Shown: one piece after another, positions 48,935 to 59,367 of the stretch
Layout: every line of letters begins with the position of its first letter
Position numbering within the stretch: position 1 is the first letter of the stretch
Assembly (NCBI GenBank): GCA_002395155.1
Contig: DGWD01000034.1
Location: 1,529 to 65,528 of the forward strand
Direction: 5' to 3'
Length of the DNA: 64,000 nt
Origin: Treponema sp. UBA4267
GTDB lineage: Bacteria > Spirochaetota > Spirochaetia > Treponematales > Treponemataceae
The notes under the pieces: generated by a model
Told to the model about the DNA's origin: nothing
What the model saw: the letters and a program-made list of their open reading frames with translations, nothing else
Databases searched by the model: none
Translations under genes and position numbers: made by a program

Positions 48935-49882
48935 TTAAGCTGCCTTTTTCTTACTTAAAAGATTTGTAAATGAAGTATAAAGTAATGGATATAGATAAAG
49001 GATAATGAAAAAACTTACAAAGTGTTTGATAAAGCCTGCAATATTTGGACCACAAACTTTAAAGATATTTGAAATACCAAAGTTCCATGCAATCAAAATA
49101 ACACTTCCGCATAAACTGCAAAGAATTTTACTTTTTTTAGTTGAAGGATTTTGGAATTTTAGACAGTGTCTTTCCAACCACCAGCCCATAAAAAATCCCA
49201 TTGCAGAACCAGAGATTTTATAAGCATCTCTAAGCATTTTTGCAGGATCTACAAGCAGACTTCCATCATCAGCATATTTTACAGGATATGACTTTAATGT
49301 AGTGAACAAAAGGAAAATTACAACAAGAACAATTCCTACTACAGCAACAAGGGTATCTTTAGAAGGATTTTTTGTTATAAAATATTTTACAAAAGAAACA
49401 AGACAAAGCATAAGGGCTGTATGACAAATTGCCACCAGCACATCTTTTAAGGTATGAGCACCAAGCCAGTTTCTTGATAATGCTACAAGAAAAATAATTA
49501 CAATAAGAAAAATTACTAAGGCTTTACGCTTTTTTAAACTTAGAGCCAGTCCTCCAAAAAAGGAAGCTGCAGTTGTTGTATGTCCACTTGGAAATGAATA
49601 ACCTGTGGCAGAAGATTTTGCAAGTGGATCTACATGTAGTCTGGAATCTAAAATCCATGGTCTATTGATACAGAAAATATCTTTTAAGCATTCATTAACA
49701 GTAATAGCTCCTGCATAGCCCATTATAATATAAGCACCATCATCTTTATTTAAAGACCAGTAAACATTTGCCACTATTAAGGCTGATAGATATAAGGATA
49801 CTTCTGAAATGAATAAAAAGAAATATGTGATAAAAGAAGGAGCTGCCTCTCTAAGGCATTGCAAAGCATATAAATAGTCCAT
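48935..49882 (-). CDS. PAP2-family membrane phosphatase
   Basis: KDIFCINRP, PSGH, SRNWLGAHTLKD. Confidence 0.93.
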   Translation of the reverse strand: MDYLYALQCLREAAPSFITYFFLFISEVSLYLSALIVANVYWSLNKDDGAYIIMGYAGAITVNECLKDIFCINRPWILDSRLHVDPLAKSSATGYSFPSGHTTTAASFFGGLALSLKKRKALVIFLIVIIFLVALSRNWLGAHTLKDVLVAICHTALMLCLVSFVKYFITKNPSKDTLVAVVGIVLVVIFLLFTTLKSYPVKYADDGSLLVDPAKMLRDAYKISGSAMGFFMGWWLERHCLKFQNPSTKKSKILCSLCGSVILIAWNFGISNIFKVCGPNIAGFIKHFVSFFIILYLYPLLYTSFTNLLSKKKAA

Positions 49883-49893
49883 ATGACCTCCCG

Positions 49894-49972
49894 AATACGT
49901 CGAGTCAAGGCACGCTCACGCTTAAAGCCTTGACTTCGCCGTTTTGAGGGTTTTGTAATAAACCCTCAATAA
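49894..49972. repeat. Dispersed two-hairpin element, family A, copy 2
   Basis: Near-identical to 11736-11813 with a compensatory change in the second stem. Confidence 0.9.
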
Positions 49973-50013
49973 ATATAGTTTACACTAAAACTATATAAAA
50001 GTAAGTATTTATT

Positions 50014-51306
50014 TTAAAATGGAAGAAATGTTGATTTATTTCCTGGCAGTGTTTTTATCCAGTTTGATGCTTTTTCGTAGGCAAGTCGGGAATCCAAAAT
50101 CCATAAAATATTTTTACAGGAGGCATTTACTTGTGGAATTGCACCTTCTCCATCGGTAAAAATTATCATTCCACTGTACTGAGTTCGGTTTTCTGCATAA
50201 AAATCAATCGGAGGCTGAAAGTTAGTTCCTCCCCTTCCCTTAATTTCTTCCAGATTTATTTTTTTTCGGAAGGTTATTGGTTTGGTATTTTTTAAGTTGA
50301 CATCAAAGAAAATCAAATCAATTTTTTCTATAATCCCAAGAAAGAAAAAGTTTTTTATGGCATGGCTAAAATGTTCAAAACTCTGGTCTGTAATGGAACC
50401 ACTTACATCTATAGCAATTAAAATATTGGCTTTACGTTCATAACGCGATCCCATTGCCTTAAAACCATAACGACGACTCGGTCTCATACGGGTTAATTTT
50501 CGGTTTGCAGAAACAATATTCTGGCGAAACTGAGTAAGAGCTCTCCTGTAATCAAAAGAAAAATCACAGGAATCTTTTAGCTGCCTCTGGAGATTTCCGC
50601 CCAGAGCTCCCCAGCCCTGATCAATTTCTGCCTTCTGAATATTTTCTGTAATTTCCTGCTGGGCTTCCTGATTTTCTTCCCAAAGATCGGCGGCATCGGA
50701 CTGGAAGTTTCCATCTCCTTCTGCAGAACCTGCATTTTGTCCAGCAATAGAAGTTTCCTGAACAAGAAATAAAATCCAGCGGTAGGCTTCTTCAAAAGTT
50801 AAATCATCTACAAAAGTAAGAAGTCCAGTTTTTCTATCTATATTTAAGTTTCTTTGGAAAAATTTTTCTTCATCTGTGCCTGCCCATTTTTCACCAAGAG
50901 GATTTATAAGATTATGAAAACGAGTCGCCTGATTTTTCAGATATTCGATTGAAGGAAGATTGATTTCGTTTACAATTGGAGCTTTATCTTTTACAAGCAG
51001 CTGATAAACAATTGCATCACTGGCTAAAGTCATAATTCCAGGCTTTGCATTATAGGGCTTACGGCTATAAGGATGATGAAGAAGAATTCTGTAAACTTCA
51101 AAGGTAAAATAGGCAGAAAGCTGGGAAAGGCTGGCATTTTTCAAAAGACTTGGAGAATATTCTATACGCCCTTGTCCAGATCTCATTGGTGAATTCATCA
51201 GAGGGTTTGCAATCAGGGAATGAGTGCTTGCGATTGAAAATAAAAGCGGCTGATTGTAAAACCAATCTGTAACTATAGCCTTTAACTTTTTTTCCAACTC
51301 TTGCAT
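50014..51306 (-). CDS. DUF2201 / VWA-domain protein (partner of MoxR-like ATPases)
   Basis: RPSRRYG, MIDAS DVSGS, GRGGTNF, FTDG. Confidence 0.88.
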   Translation of the reverse strand: MQELEKKLKAIVTDWFYNQPLLFSIASTHSLIANPLMNSPMRSGQGRIEYSPSLLKNASLSQLSAYFTFEVYRILLHHPYSRKPYNAKPGIMTLASDAIVYQLLVKDKAPIVNEINLPSIEYLKNQATRFHNLINPLGEKWAGTDEEKFFQRNLNIDRKTGLLTFVDDLTFEEAYRWILFLVQETSIAGQNAGSAEGDGNFQSDAADLWEENQEAQQEITENIQKAEIDQGWGALGGNLQRQLKDSCDFSFDYRRALTQFRQNIVSANRKLTRMRPSRRYGFKAMGSRYERKANILIAIDVSGSITDQSFEHFSHAIKNFFFLGIIEKIDLIFFDVNLKNTKPITFRKKINLEEIKGRGGTNFQPPIDFYAENRTQYSGMIIFTDGEGAIPQVNASCKNILWILDSRLAYEKASNWIKTLPGNKSTFLPF

Positions 51307-51428
51307 AAAAATTGCCTCAAAAACTTACCCATAAATAATTTGTGAAACTTTTACTCATACTTTATAATTATATATCAAATATTTAAAGATGTTCTTTATA
51401 CATCAATTTTTAAAATTAGGAATTCAAA

Positions 51429-53297
51429 ATGACTTTATTTCAATTATTTATGTTTTTCTTTGCACTTTCGACAATTGTTGGTGTACCCCTTCTTTCATCC
51501 TTTCAGATTGTACAGATTAAGGGTTCAACATATTCCGACTGGGCATCCTCTTTAATTGCAACACTAGGACCTGCGACAGGAATCTTTATCCTCATCAGTA
51601 TTGCAACCTATTTTATGTTAAAACCTCTGATGCAGACCATTAAGGATGCAGCAAGCAGGGACTTAAGTGAAGATGAGCAGCACAAGGCTAGAAATATTTT
51701 AAAAAAAGTAAACCTTATTTCTATTATTTCTATTATGGTTGGTTACCCTATTGGTAATGGAGCGACAATTGTAATAAAAACGCTGACAGGAAAAGTAAAT
51801 TACAACCTTACGGATATTTTAATCATCCTTGTCTTGATTTTCTGTTATGCACTTATGGCGATTCAGTATTCAGTAGTTTGTTTTAACAGCATGGCCCGAA
51901 AGGAAATGGCAAAGCTTAAAATTCACTCGACTTACGGCTACAAAAAAACATCTTTTTCCCGCTCTTTAATTTTTACATTCCTGACAATTGCCATTACAAT
52001 CAGCTGGCATATGTTCTGTTGTGCATATTCCGCAGTTAGGCATGAATGGACAATGGAAGTTTTTAAATCAAAGGCAATTATAGCATTCGTTATGGCCTTT
52101 ACAATTACAACACCGCTCTTAATCATTATTCTGAACCAGCTCAAAAAACGATTCACCATCACAATCAGGCAGATTGAGAACCTTCGTTCTGACGGAGACC
52201 TTATGACCCGACTGAATCTTGGTACTTTTGATGATTTTGGCGAAGTTATGACCGAAATGAACCTTTTAATGGATTTTCTTAGAGATTCCCTTACGACCCT
52301 TAAAAATGAGGCTATTCACGTTGACTCAGATGCAAAGGAACTTTTACAGGTAACAGAAAATTCCACAGCCGGAATGACACAGATTGTTGCCAGCTTCAAG
52401 CAGATGAGTGGCGAAAATTCCCAGACTGAAAACCTTCTTGAGCAGGCAAAAACAAATATTGCCAGACTTAATGAAGATGCCGGTAAGGTTAGTGCTTTTA
52501 TGGAAACTCAGGCTGATCAGGAAGTCACAAATGCAAAATCTATAACTGATATGTTCAACAACTTCCACGTAATTTCAAATATGACTAATAAGGCCCAAAA
52601 TCTTTCAGCTGAGCTGTCAAAAGCTTCCAGTGCAGGTTCTGATGAAGTACAGCGAACCCAGTCTATTATGACAGAAATTTCAGATAAGGCTCGTAAAATG
52701 ATTGAAACAGTTACAATGATTGAAAAAGTTGCAACCCAAACCAACCTGCTTGCTATGAACGCTGCAATTGAAGCTTCCCACGCTGGTGAAGCCGGCAAAG
52801 GCTTTTCTGTAGTAGCTGGCGAAATTCGCAGTCTTTCTGTTTCTACACAGAACTCTGCAAAGCAAATCAGCGAGTTAATTAACGAAATGGCAAATGCAAC
52901 TGAAACTGGTACCCAGCATATGAATGATACCCGTCAGGTATTTGATTCTATTTTAAGAGGAATCGAAGAGCAAACCAAACTTGTTGATGAAATTTCCGAA
53001 ACAGTAAAACAGCAGTCTAATCAGGCAAGTTTAGTACTTGAAAAGACAAAGGAAGCCGTAGAAAAATCTTCAGATGCTAATAAACTTCTTAAAAACCAGG
53101 CAAACTACACCAAAGAAATAAAAACAGGAATTGATACAATCGTTGACCTTTCCTTGAAGGTTGCCCAGTCTATGAAGGAATCTGAACAGGTTGTCAGAGA
53201 CTTCTCTAATTCTTTCTCAACTGTAAAGGAAAAAGCAGAACTAAACAGAGCTTCCGTTTCCAACATTACAGATGAATTAAATAAGTTCAATATGTAG
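51429..53297 (+). CDS. Methyl-accepting chemotaxis protein with multi-TM sensor region
   Basis: About 6 TM segments, HAMP-like GDLMTR..DDFGEV, QTNLLAMNAAIEASHAGEAGKGFSVVAGEIRSL. Confidence 0.96.
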   Translation: MTLFQLFMFFFALSTIVGVPLLSSFQIVQIKGSTYSDWASSLIATLGPATGIFILISIATYFMLKPLMQTIKDAASRDLSEDEQHKARNILKKVNLISIISIMVGYPIGNGATIVIKTLTGKVNYNLTDILIILVLIFCYALMAIQYSVVCFNSMARKEMAKLKIHSTYGYKKTSFSRSLIFTFLTIAITISWHMFCCAYSAVRHEWTMEVFKSKAIIAFVMAFTITTPLLIIILNQLKKRFTITIRQIENLRSDGDLMTRLNLGTFDDFGEVMTEMNLLMDFLRDSLTTLKNEAIHVDSDAKELLQVTENSTAGMTQIVASFKQMSGENSQTENLLEQAKTNIARLNEDAGKVSAFMETQADQEVTNAKSITDMFNNFHVISNMTNKAQNLSAELSKASSAGSDEVQRTQSIMTEISDKARKMIETVTMIEKVATQTNLLAMNAAIEASHAGEAGKGFSVVAGEIRSLSVSTQNSAKQISELINEMANATETGTQHMNDTRQVFDSILRGIEEQTKLVDEISETVKQQSNQASLVLEKTKEAVEKSSDANKLLKNQANYTKEIKTGIDTIVDLSLKVAQSMKESEQVVRDFSNSFSTVKEKAELNRASVSNITDELNKFNM

Positions 53298-53307
53298 TTT
53301 ATAAAAA

Positions 53308-54375
53308 TTACATATTTGCAACTAAATTAAAAAGCTTCTTATAAAGCCCTGGAGCCTTTGTTGAAATAAAATAAAGACTTTCAGGGTATTTTTCTGCCTT
53401 AAGAAGACTTTCAAAGTGGGCTTGTAATTCTTTGTGTCCGCTATCTAACAAATAATCAAAATAAGCTTCCAGATTTTTAGATAGTTTTTCTTCATCATCC
53501 TTATTATAGGACTTGCTTTCTAAAAATTTTAAAAGCCCCGTATTCAAGAGACTAAGTTTTGAAGAGTCCAGTTTTTCAAGAAGCGTAATATGCTTAGAAA
53601 AATCACTTGTAAGCAGATCCTTAGCAGAAGTCAAATCATTCTGACAAGCGTGGCGGAAAAATAAAGCGGCAACCTTGCTTCCTATAATTCCACTAACCAG
53701 TGGTTTTTGTAAATCTGTAAGTTCTTCAAAGCCTTTGATAATTTGCGAAGTTCTTTCCCAGGAACGGCGGTCTGGTGAACGCTCCAGATTTTCGGCAAGC
53801 CCTTCATCATCACCAGTGTCAAGATACTCAGGATTATCTTTAATAAAGGAAATAATTCTTGGGTCGATTTCGGATTTATTTGCCCAATCTAACCAGTCAT
53901 CTACGCTTGGCTGGAACTCATAGATATTAAATCGAGAAACAAGGGCTGGGTCTAAATCTGTAAGCTGATATTCGTTTCCCTTGTTTACGGCAGAAATAAT
54001 TCGACTTCCCTGTGGAAGAGATTTTCCTGCCAGCTTGCGATTCAAAGTTAAATCCATAATTGTCTGGAGTACTTCTGGTCGAGCTCGATTCAACTCATCT
54101 AAAAACAAAACAACAGGCTCATTATCTAAAGGAAACCAGTATGGCAGCATAAAATCGGTCTTGCCAGTTTTTTCATTTTTTTCAGGAAGGCCTATTAAAT
54201 CGCCAGGGTCGCTCATTTGACCTAAAAACAGAGTAACAACTTTTTCCCCTTTATTAGAAAAATAGTCCTCCAGAATTCTTGATTTTCCAATTCCGTGTTT
54301 ACCTACCAGCATGATATTCTGTGAAGCTGGAGTATGGTCCAAAATATAAGTGAGTTGTTTTGTATTTATAGTCAT
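53308..54375 (-). CDS. MoxR-like AAA+ ATPase
   Basis: GKHGIGKS, DLIGLP, LFLDELNRA, LDPALVSRF, RSWE. Confidence 0.92.
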   Translation of the reverse strand: MTINTKQLTYILDHTPASQNIMLVGKHGIGKSRILEDYFSNKGEKVVTLFLGQMSDPGDLIGLPEKNEKTGKTDFMLPYWFPLDNEPVVLFLDELNRARPEVLQTIMDLTLNRKLAGKSLPQGSRIISAVNKGNEYQLTDLDPALVSRFNIYEFQPSVDDWLDWANKSEIDPRIISFIKDNPEYLDTGDDEGLAENLERSPDRRSWERTSQIIKGFEELTDLQKPLVSGIIGSKVAALFFRHACQNDLTSAKDLLTSDFSKHITLLEKLDSSKLSLLNTGLLKFLESKSYNKDDEEKLSKNLEAYFDYLLDSGHKELQAHFESLLKAEKYPESLYFISTKAPGLYKKLFNLVANM

Positions 54376-54423
54376 AAAAATGAGTTTAGCAGAACTTGAA
54401 CAAAGTTGGAAGTTATAGCTGTT

Positions 54424-56328
54424 TTATCCCATTTCCGGATGCTGACGGTGGAAGGCCTCTTTTACTTCGTACATCATTTCATCACACTTTTCTACAGCTT
54501 CTTCCAATGTCATAGTTGAATTTGGAGGCACTGAATAAGTTCCAACGCTGGCAGAAAGTAGATATGGAAGCTTCATGATTGAGGTTTTCTTTGTAATTCT
54601 ATCTGTAATGATTTTACAATAATCTTCACCCTTGTAATTTTTTGAGTTTCCGACTACAAGGAATTCATCTCCACCATAGCGGATTGGAAGCCAGTTTTTA
54701 GGAATTACTTCCATAACCGCAGCCGCAATTGTTTTTACAGCAAGGTCGCCGTGAAGGTGTCCAAAATTATCATTAATAAACTTCATCTTATTTATATCAA
54801 CGAAGAAAAGTACTGTAGTCAGGCCGTTTTTCTTATTTTGAGCAAAGAATGGTTTTGCAATTTTTTCAAGACCTACTCGGTTTATAGTTCCAGACAAGGC
54901 ATCGCGCGTAGAAAGACGTAGATACTGCTGGCTCATCTGCTTGAACATATTCTGCTTTCTAAAACGTTCTACTGCTGAACCAAAAGCCATTGTCCATCTA
55001 TAACCATAATGTTCTCTTAACATCAAAAGGTTATTCTTACAAACAAAATAACCGTGAACATAAGAGTGATTATAAATAGGCATGAAGAGATAAAGATTAT
55101 TAGATTCCGTCTTCATTTTAGAAGGCATTAAATCTCTGGTGTTTATAATTTCTCTTGGATATTTTTCATTATTCTGGATTGAAGTTATAGCCTGCATTTG
55201 ATTTCCATAATTCAAATTGGCAGGGAGAGTTTCGGCAGTGTTTATAAGAACCGAAGTCCAGTCTGATTTTAGGAAGATACAGAAATCAGAACCTTCAAAA
55301 TGATGAGACTTTTGGAAGAAGATGTCCAAATTTGTCATGAGAGTAAACACATCTGTCGCCTCGGTAAAAATTTCATCCATAATTTCCAAATGTGAATTGA
55401 AAGTTTCGTTTTCGTTGGAATAGGACATTATATCAATAGGCAACCTTTTTTGTTTATCGCTATTTTCTTCTGTACAACCACAAGAAACTCTGTAAACTGG
55501 GCTGGATTTTATTTTTATAACTTCAAGATCAAAATAACCGGCCATTACCTTTCTTGCGGCTTCATAACCAACTATATCTGCATTACTTTTTACTGTAGTT
55601 AATGATGGATTCATGCTGCTAGAAAAAACTAAATCATCATAACCAATTACTTTTAACTCCTGAGGAATTTGAATGCCAAGTTCATCGGCTCTTTTAATTA
55701 CAGCCATTGCCATAAGATCGCTTGCACAAACAATTGCCTGAGGTCTTTGTTCTGGATCTTTTAAGATTTCATCAATACTTTCATAAGCACATTGATAATT
55801 TGTTCTTTCTACGGTGTAGGTTTTCTGTGGATTAAGGGTAATTCCATTATCCTGAAGAGCAGTTCTGTATGCCTTATAACGTTCACTAAAATCTATGGAA
55901 TTTTCTTTACCTGTAAAATAGGCAAATTCTTTTACACCATGTTCTTTGATTAAATGACAGATTAATTCATAAAAACCAGAGTAATTGTCAATTTTTATAC
56001 ATGGAATATCTTTTAATTGGGCATTTATAGAAATGGCAGGAACTTTTGCCTGTAAAATTCTTTGTCTTTCTTTTTCAAGAATTCTTGGATTTTTGATTAA
56101 GTCTGCAAGAATAATTACGCCATCATAATCTTCGTAATTTACAAGGCGGTAGATTGAGTAACCATTGAAATTTGGATAGCCTGAAAATTCTGTAAAATCA
56201 TAACATGAAAAAAGATAGATATCGGTATCGCTCTCTTTAAGAGCTTTTTTTACACCTTTTACAAAATCTTCAATAAAATAGTTAGACCAACCATTTGTCA
56301 AAATTGCCAGTTTCTTTTTCATGTACAC
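54424..56328 (-). CDS. Diguanylate cyclase with LacI/PBP1-type ligand-binding domain
   Basis: IDNYSG, AIVCASDLMA, IPQELKVIGYDD, PSLTTV; INDNFGHLHGD, RYGGDEF. Confidence 0.92.
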   Translation of the reverse strand: MYMKKKLAILTNGWSNYFIEDFVKGVKKALKESDTDIYLFSCYDFTEFSGYPNFNGYSIYRLVNYEDYDGVIILADLIKNPRILEKERQRILQAKVPAISINAQLKDIPCIKIDNYSGFYELICHLIKEHGVKEFAYFTGKENSIDFSERYKAYRTALQDNGITLNPQKTYTVERTNYQCAYESIDEILKDPEQRPQAIVCASDLMAMAVIKRADELGIQIPQELKVIGYDDLVFSSSMNPSLTTVKSNADIVGYEAARKVMAGYFDLEVIKIKSSPVYRVSCGCTEENSDKQKRLPIDIMSYSNENETFNSHLEIMDEIFTEATDVFTLMTNLDIFFQKSHHFEGSDFCIFLKSDWTSVLINTAETLPANLNYGNQMQAITSIQNNEKYPREIINTRDLMPSKMKTESNNLYLFMPIYNHSYVHGYFVCKNNLLMLREHYGYRWTMAFGSAVERFRKQNMFKQMSQQYLRLSTRDALSGTINRVGLEKIAKPFFAQNKKNGLTTVLFFVDINKMKFINDNFGHLHGDLAVKTIAAAVMEVIPKNWLPIRYGGDEFLVVGNSKNYKGEDYCKIITDRITKKTSIMKLPYLLSASVGTYSVPPNSTMTLEEAVEKCDEMMYEVKEAFHRQHPEMG

Positions 56329-56419
56329 TCCAAGAAAATAACAATGTTATTATAACATGAATTGATAAGATTTTTTTAATAAATTATTAAATTTAAGTCT
56401 TACATTTAATATTTAAGGA

Positions 56420-57001
56420 TTATCTATTATATAAAATAAATGTATTTCTGGCATTTGGATTTAATTTTGGTATTTTTTTAGTAAGATATTCATTTACCAG
56501 AGGATATTGTTCAGCTACAGAATTTACAGACCAGAAAGCGGATGATTTTATTGCAGAATGAACCATCACATCGTCAGGAAGGAAACTGTAAAGATATTTA
56601 AAGTCATCTCTGTATTCTTCATCATCCGCAAAAAAGGCAAAAAGCAGTTCATAATCAACAGGACATTGCAGGGAAGAATCAACATTTTCAATAGCAAGCT
56701 TTTCTAACAAGTCAGAAGCTTTTTTATCCCATATAAGAGAATCAAAATTCATATTTAATCCATCTAAAAATAAATCTTCTGACTCTATGTAATTAAAAAT
56801 GTAATCAAGATAAAGAGAATCTTTTGTTTCAAAATACATATTCCAGATTTTATCCAGAGTTTTTCCACCATTTATTGAAAAATCCGGTTTGCTTAAATCA
56901 ATTTCTTCTTCTGGCTGTACTTTTGTACTTTTACAGGAAAATACAGTCAGCAGAAACAGTCCAAACAAAAAAAGGAAAAATGTATTTTGAAACTTCTTCA
57001 T
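56420..57001 (-). CDS. Hypothetical lipoprotein
   Basis: Spirochaetal lipobox TVFSC-KS. Confidence 0.7.
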   Translation of the reverse strand: MKKFQNTFFLFLFGLFLLTVFSCKSTKVQPEEEIDLSKPDFSINGGKTLDKIWNMYFETKDSLYLDYIFNYIESEDLFLDGLNMNFDSLIWDKKASDLLEKLAIENVDSSLQCPVDYELLFAFFADDEEYRDDFKYLYSFLPDDVMVHSAIKSSAFWSVNSVAEQYPLVNEYLTKKIPKLNPNARNTFILYNR

Positions 57002-57026
57002 TCTTTCTCCAGAAAAAACTTATACT

Positions 57027-59282
57027 TTATGAACGATAGAAATTAATCAGACAACCTGCAAGAATAATTTTGCGTTCGTCGTCTGTAAGATCTCCTACAG
57101 AAAGTTCAAATTCTTTTATACTTCCGTCTTTTTTGATTGCATAAGCTGTGATAGTTGGCAACTTTTCTGCAATCATCTTCTTAACGCCTGGAAGGAATAC
57201 GTAATCATCATTTGCAAAAGGAAGATTTTTATCTCCATCTTTATAAAGGAATGGTAGCATACCCCAGTTGATAAGATTTGAACGATAGCGTTTTGTAGCA
57301 TATTCATTTGCAATATTTGCAGAAGCTCCCAATACACGCTGACAAGAAGCAGCCTGTTCGCGGGCAGAACCGTCACCTGGTTTTACTGCAAAGATTGTAG
57401 AACCAATTCCTGTATTTGCAGTAGTAACTTCAGGGAACTTTGTCTTGATTGTTTTTACAGCCTTAGCAATTTCTTCTGACATATTTTCAAAAGCAACATT
57501 GTTCTGGCGTTTTTCTTCTTCTGCACGAACTTCTTTTGCACGTCCAACATAAGCTGGATCCTTGCGGCTCAAAGTAAATTCTGCAAGTCCAAGAGGATTT
57601 GAACGGAATGATGAAGTTTCTCCAGAAGGAATAAGTTCATCAGTTGTAGTTACAGGATCGTGAATTTCTGAAACAACTTTAAGAATAAGATTATCTGTAA
57701 GAGCAGTCATTTTTGGCCAGTCTTTAATATTTGGACCAAACTGAATTTCAACTTCAGGATGAGCCACTCCCTTAGAATCGTATACACGTTTTTCGTAAAT
57801 TGTCTTATCAAAGAAGTATTTCTTTCCGCTGAATTCTGTATCAACTTCTGTAGCGGCTGTAAGGAAACCTTTATTTGCGGCAGTTGCGGCAATTGAACGG
57901 GCATCCATAAGAGCAACTGAAGCAAGCTGACCATTCTGGATTTTTGAACCTTCACGGTTAGGGAAGTTTCTTGTTGAATGGCGGATAGAAAGTGCACCAT
58001 TTGCAGGAGTATCACCAGCACCAAAACATGGACCACAGAAAGCAGTTTTTACAATTGCACCGGCATCAACAAGTGCGGAGAAAGCACCGTTTTCCATAAG
58101 AGCCTTGTAAACTGGCATAGAAGCAGGATATACATCAAGAAGGAATTTTCCGTTTCCAGAATCTTTTCCTTTCAAAATATCTGCAGCGGCACAAATGTTT
58201 TCATAACCACCACCAGCACAGCCTGCAATTACACCCTGATCTACATAAAGTTTTCCGTCGATAACCTTATTTTTAAGAGTGAAATTTACTTTATCACCAA
58301 ATGAAACTTTTGCACGTTTTTCAGTTTCTTCGAGCAAGTCCATAAGGTTTGCATTTACTTCATCAATTGTATATGCACATGAAGGATGGAATGGAAGAGC
58401 AATCATAGGACGGATTTCATCAAGATTGATTTCGATAGCTCCATCATAATATGCTCCATCTTCTGGATTCATTTCTTTATAAGCCTGAGGACGATAATGA
58501 GTTGCGTACCATTCTTCAATCTTAGAGTCTGTTTTCCAGATAGATGAAAGACAAGTTGTTTCTGTAGTCATTACATCAACACCAATACGGAAATCTGCAG
58601 AAAGATTGTCTACACCAGGCCCAATAAATTCCATTACCTTGTTTTTCACATAGCCGTTATTGAATACAGCCTTGATAATTGCAAGAGCCACGTCCTGTGG
58701 TCCAACACCAGGATTTACTTTTCCTGTAAGATAAATTGCAACTACTCCAGGGTAAGCAACATCGTATGTTTTGTTTAAAAGCTGTTTTGCAAGTTCTCCA
58801 CCGCCTTCACCAATGGCCATTGTTCCTAATGCACCATAACGGGTATGACTGTCTGAACCCAGAATCATTGCACCACATTCAGCAAGCATTTCGCGGGCAA
58901 ACTGGTGAATTACTGCCTGATGAGGAGGAACATAAATTCCACCGTATTTCTGGGCACAGGTAAGACCGAACATATGATCATCATCATTAATTGTTCCACC
59001 AACAGCACAAAGAGAGTTGTGACAGTTTGTCAAAACATAAGGAAGAGGGAATTTTTCAAGTCCAGAAGCACGTGCTGTCTGAATAATTCCTACATAAGTA
59101 ATATCGTGTGAAGTGATTTTGTCAAATTTGATTTTAAGATTTTTTTCGTCACCAGCAACATTATGTTTCTGTAAGATTGAATATGCCAGTGTTTTTTTTG
59201 CACCATCTGCAGGATTATTGCCAGCGGCAGATTCTACAAGTTTTCCGTTTACAAGGTATGCACCCTTTTCCCAAAGTTTCAT
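57027..59282 (-). CDS. Aconitase-family hydratase (YbhJ-like)
   Basis: [49 protein letters not shown]. Confidence 0.92.
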   Translation of the reverse strand: MKLWEKGAYLVNGKLVESAAGNNPADGAKKTLAYSILQKHNVAGDEKNLKIKFDKITSHDITYVGIIQTARASGLEKFPLPYVLTNCHNSLCAVGGTINDDDHMFGLTCAQKYGGIYVPPHQAVIHQFAREMLAECGAMILGSDSHTRYGALGTMAIGEGGGELAKQLLNKTYDVAYPGVVAIYLTGKVNPGVGPQDVALAIIKAVFNNGYVKNKVMEFIGPGVDNLSADFRIGVDVMTTETTCLSSIWKTDSKIEEWYATHYRPQAYKEMNPEDGAYYDGAIEINLDEIRPMIALPFHPSCAYTIDEVNANLMDLLEETEKRAKVSFGDKVNFTLKNKVIDGKLYVDQGVIAGCAGGGYENICAAADILKGKDSGNGKFLLDVYPASMPVYKALMENGAFSALVDAGAIVKTAFCGPCFGAGDTPANGALSIRHSTRNFPNREGSKIQNGQLASVALMDARSIAATAANKGFLTAATEVDTEFSGKKYFFDKTIYEKRVYDSKGVAHPEVEIQFGPNIKDWPKMTALTDNLILKVVSEIHDPVTTTDELIPSGETSSFRSNPLGLAEFTLSRKDPAYVGRAKEVRAEEEKRQNNVAFENMSEEIAKAVKTIKTKFPEVTTANTGIGSTIFAVKPGDGSAREQAASCQRVLGASANIANEYATKRYRSNLINWGMLPFLYKDGDKNLPFANDDYVFLPGVKKMIAEKLPTITAYAIKKDGSIKEFELSVGDLTDDERKIILAGCLINFYRS

Positions 59283-59367
59283 AACAGCTCCAAAAATAAT
59301 AATATCATTTGTAATTATACTTCAAATGTATCATATTTTTAAAGTTAGGGGTAGAGATTTAGAATGA

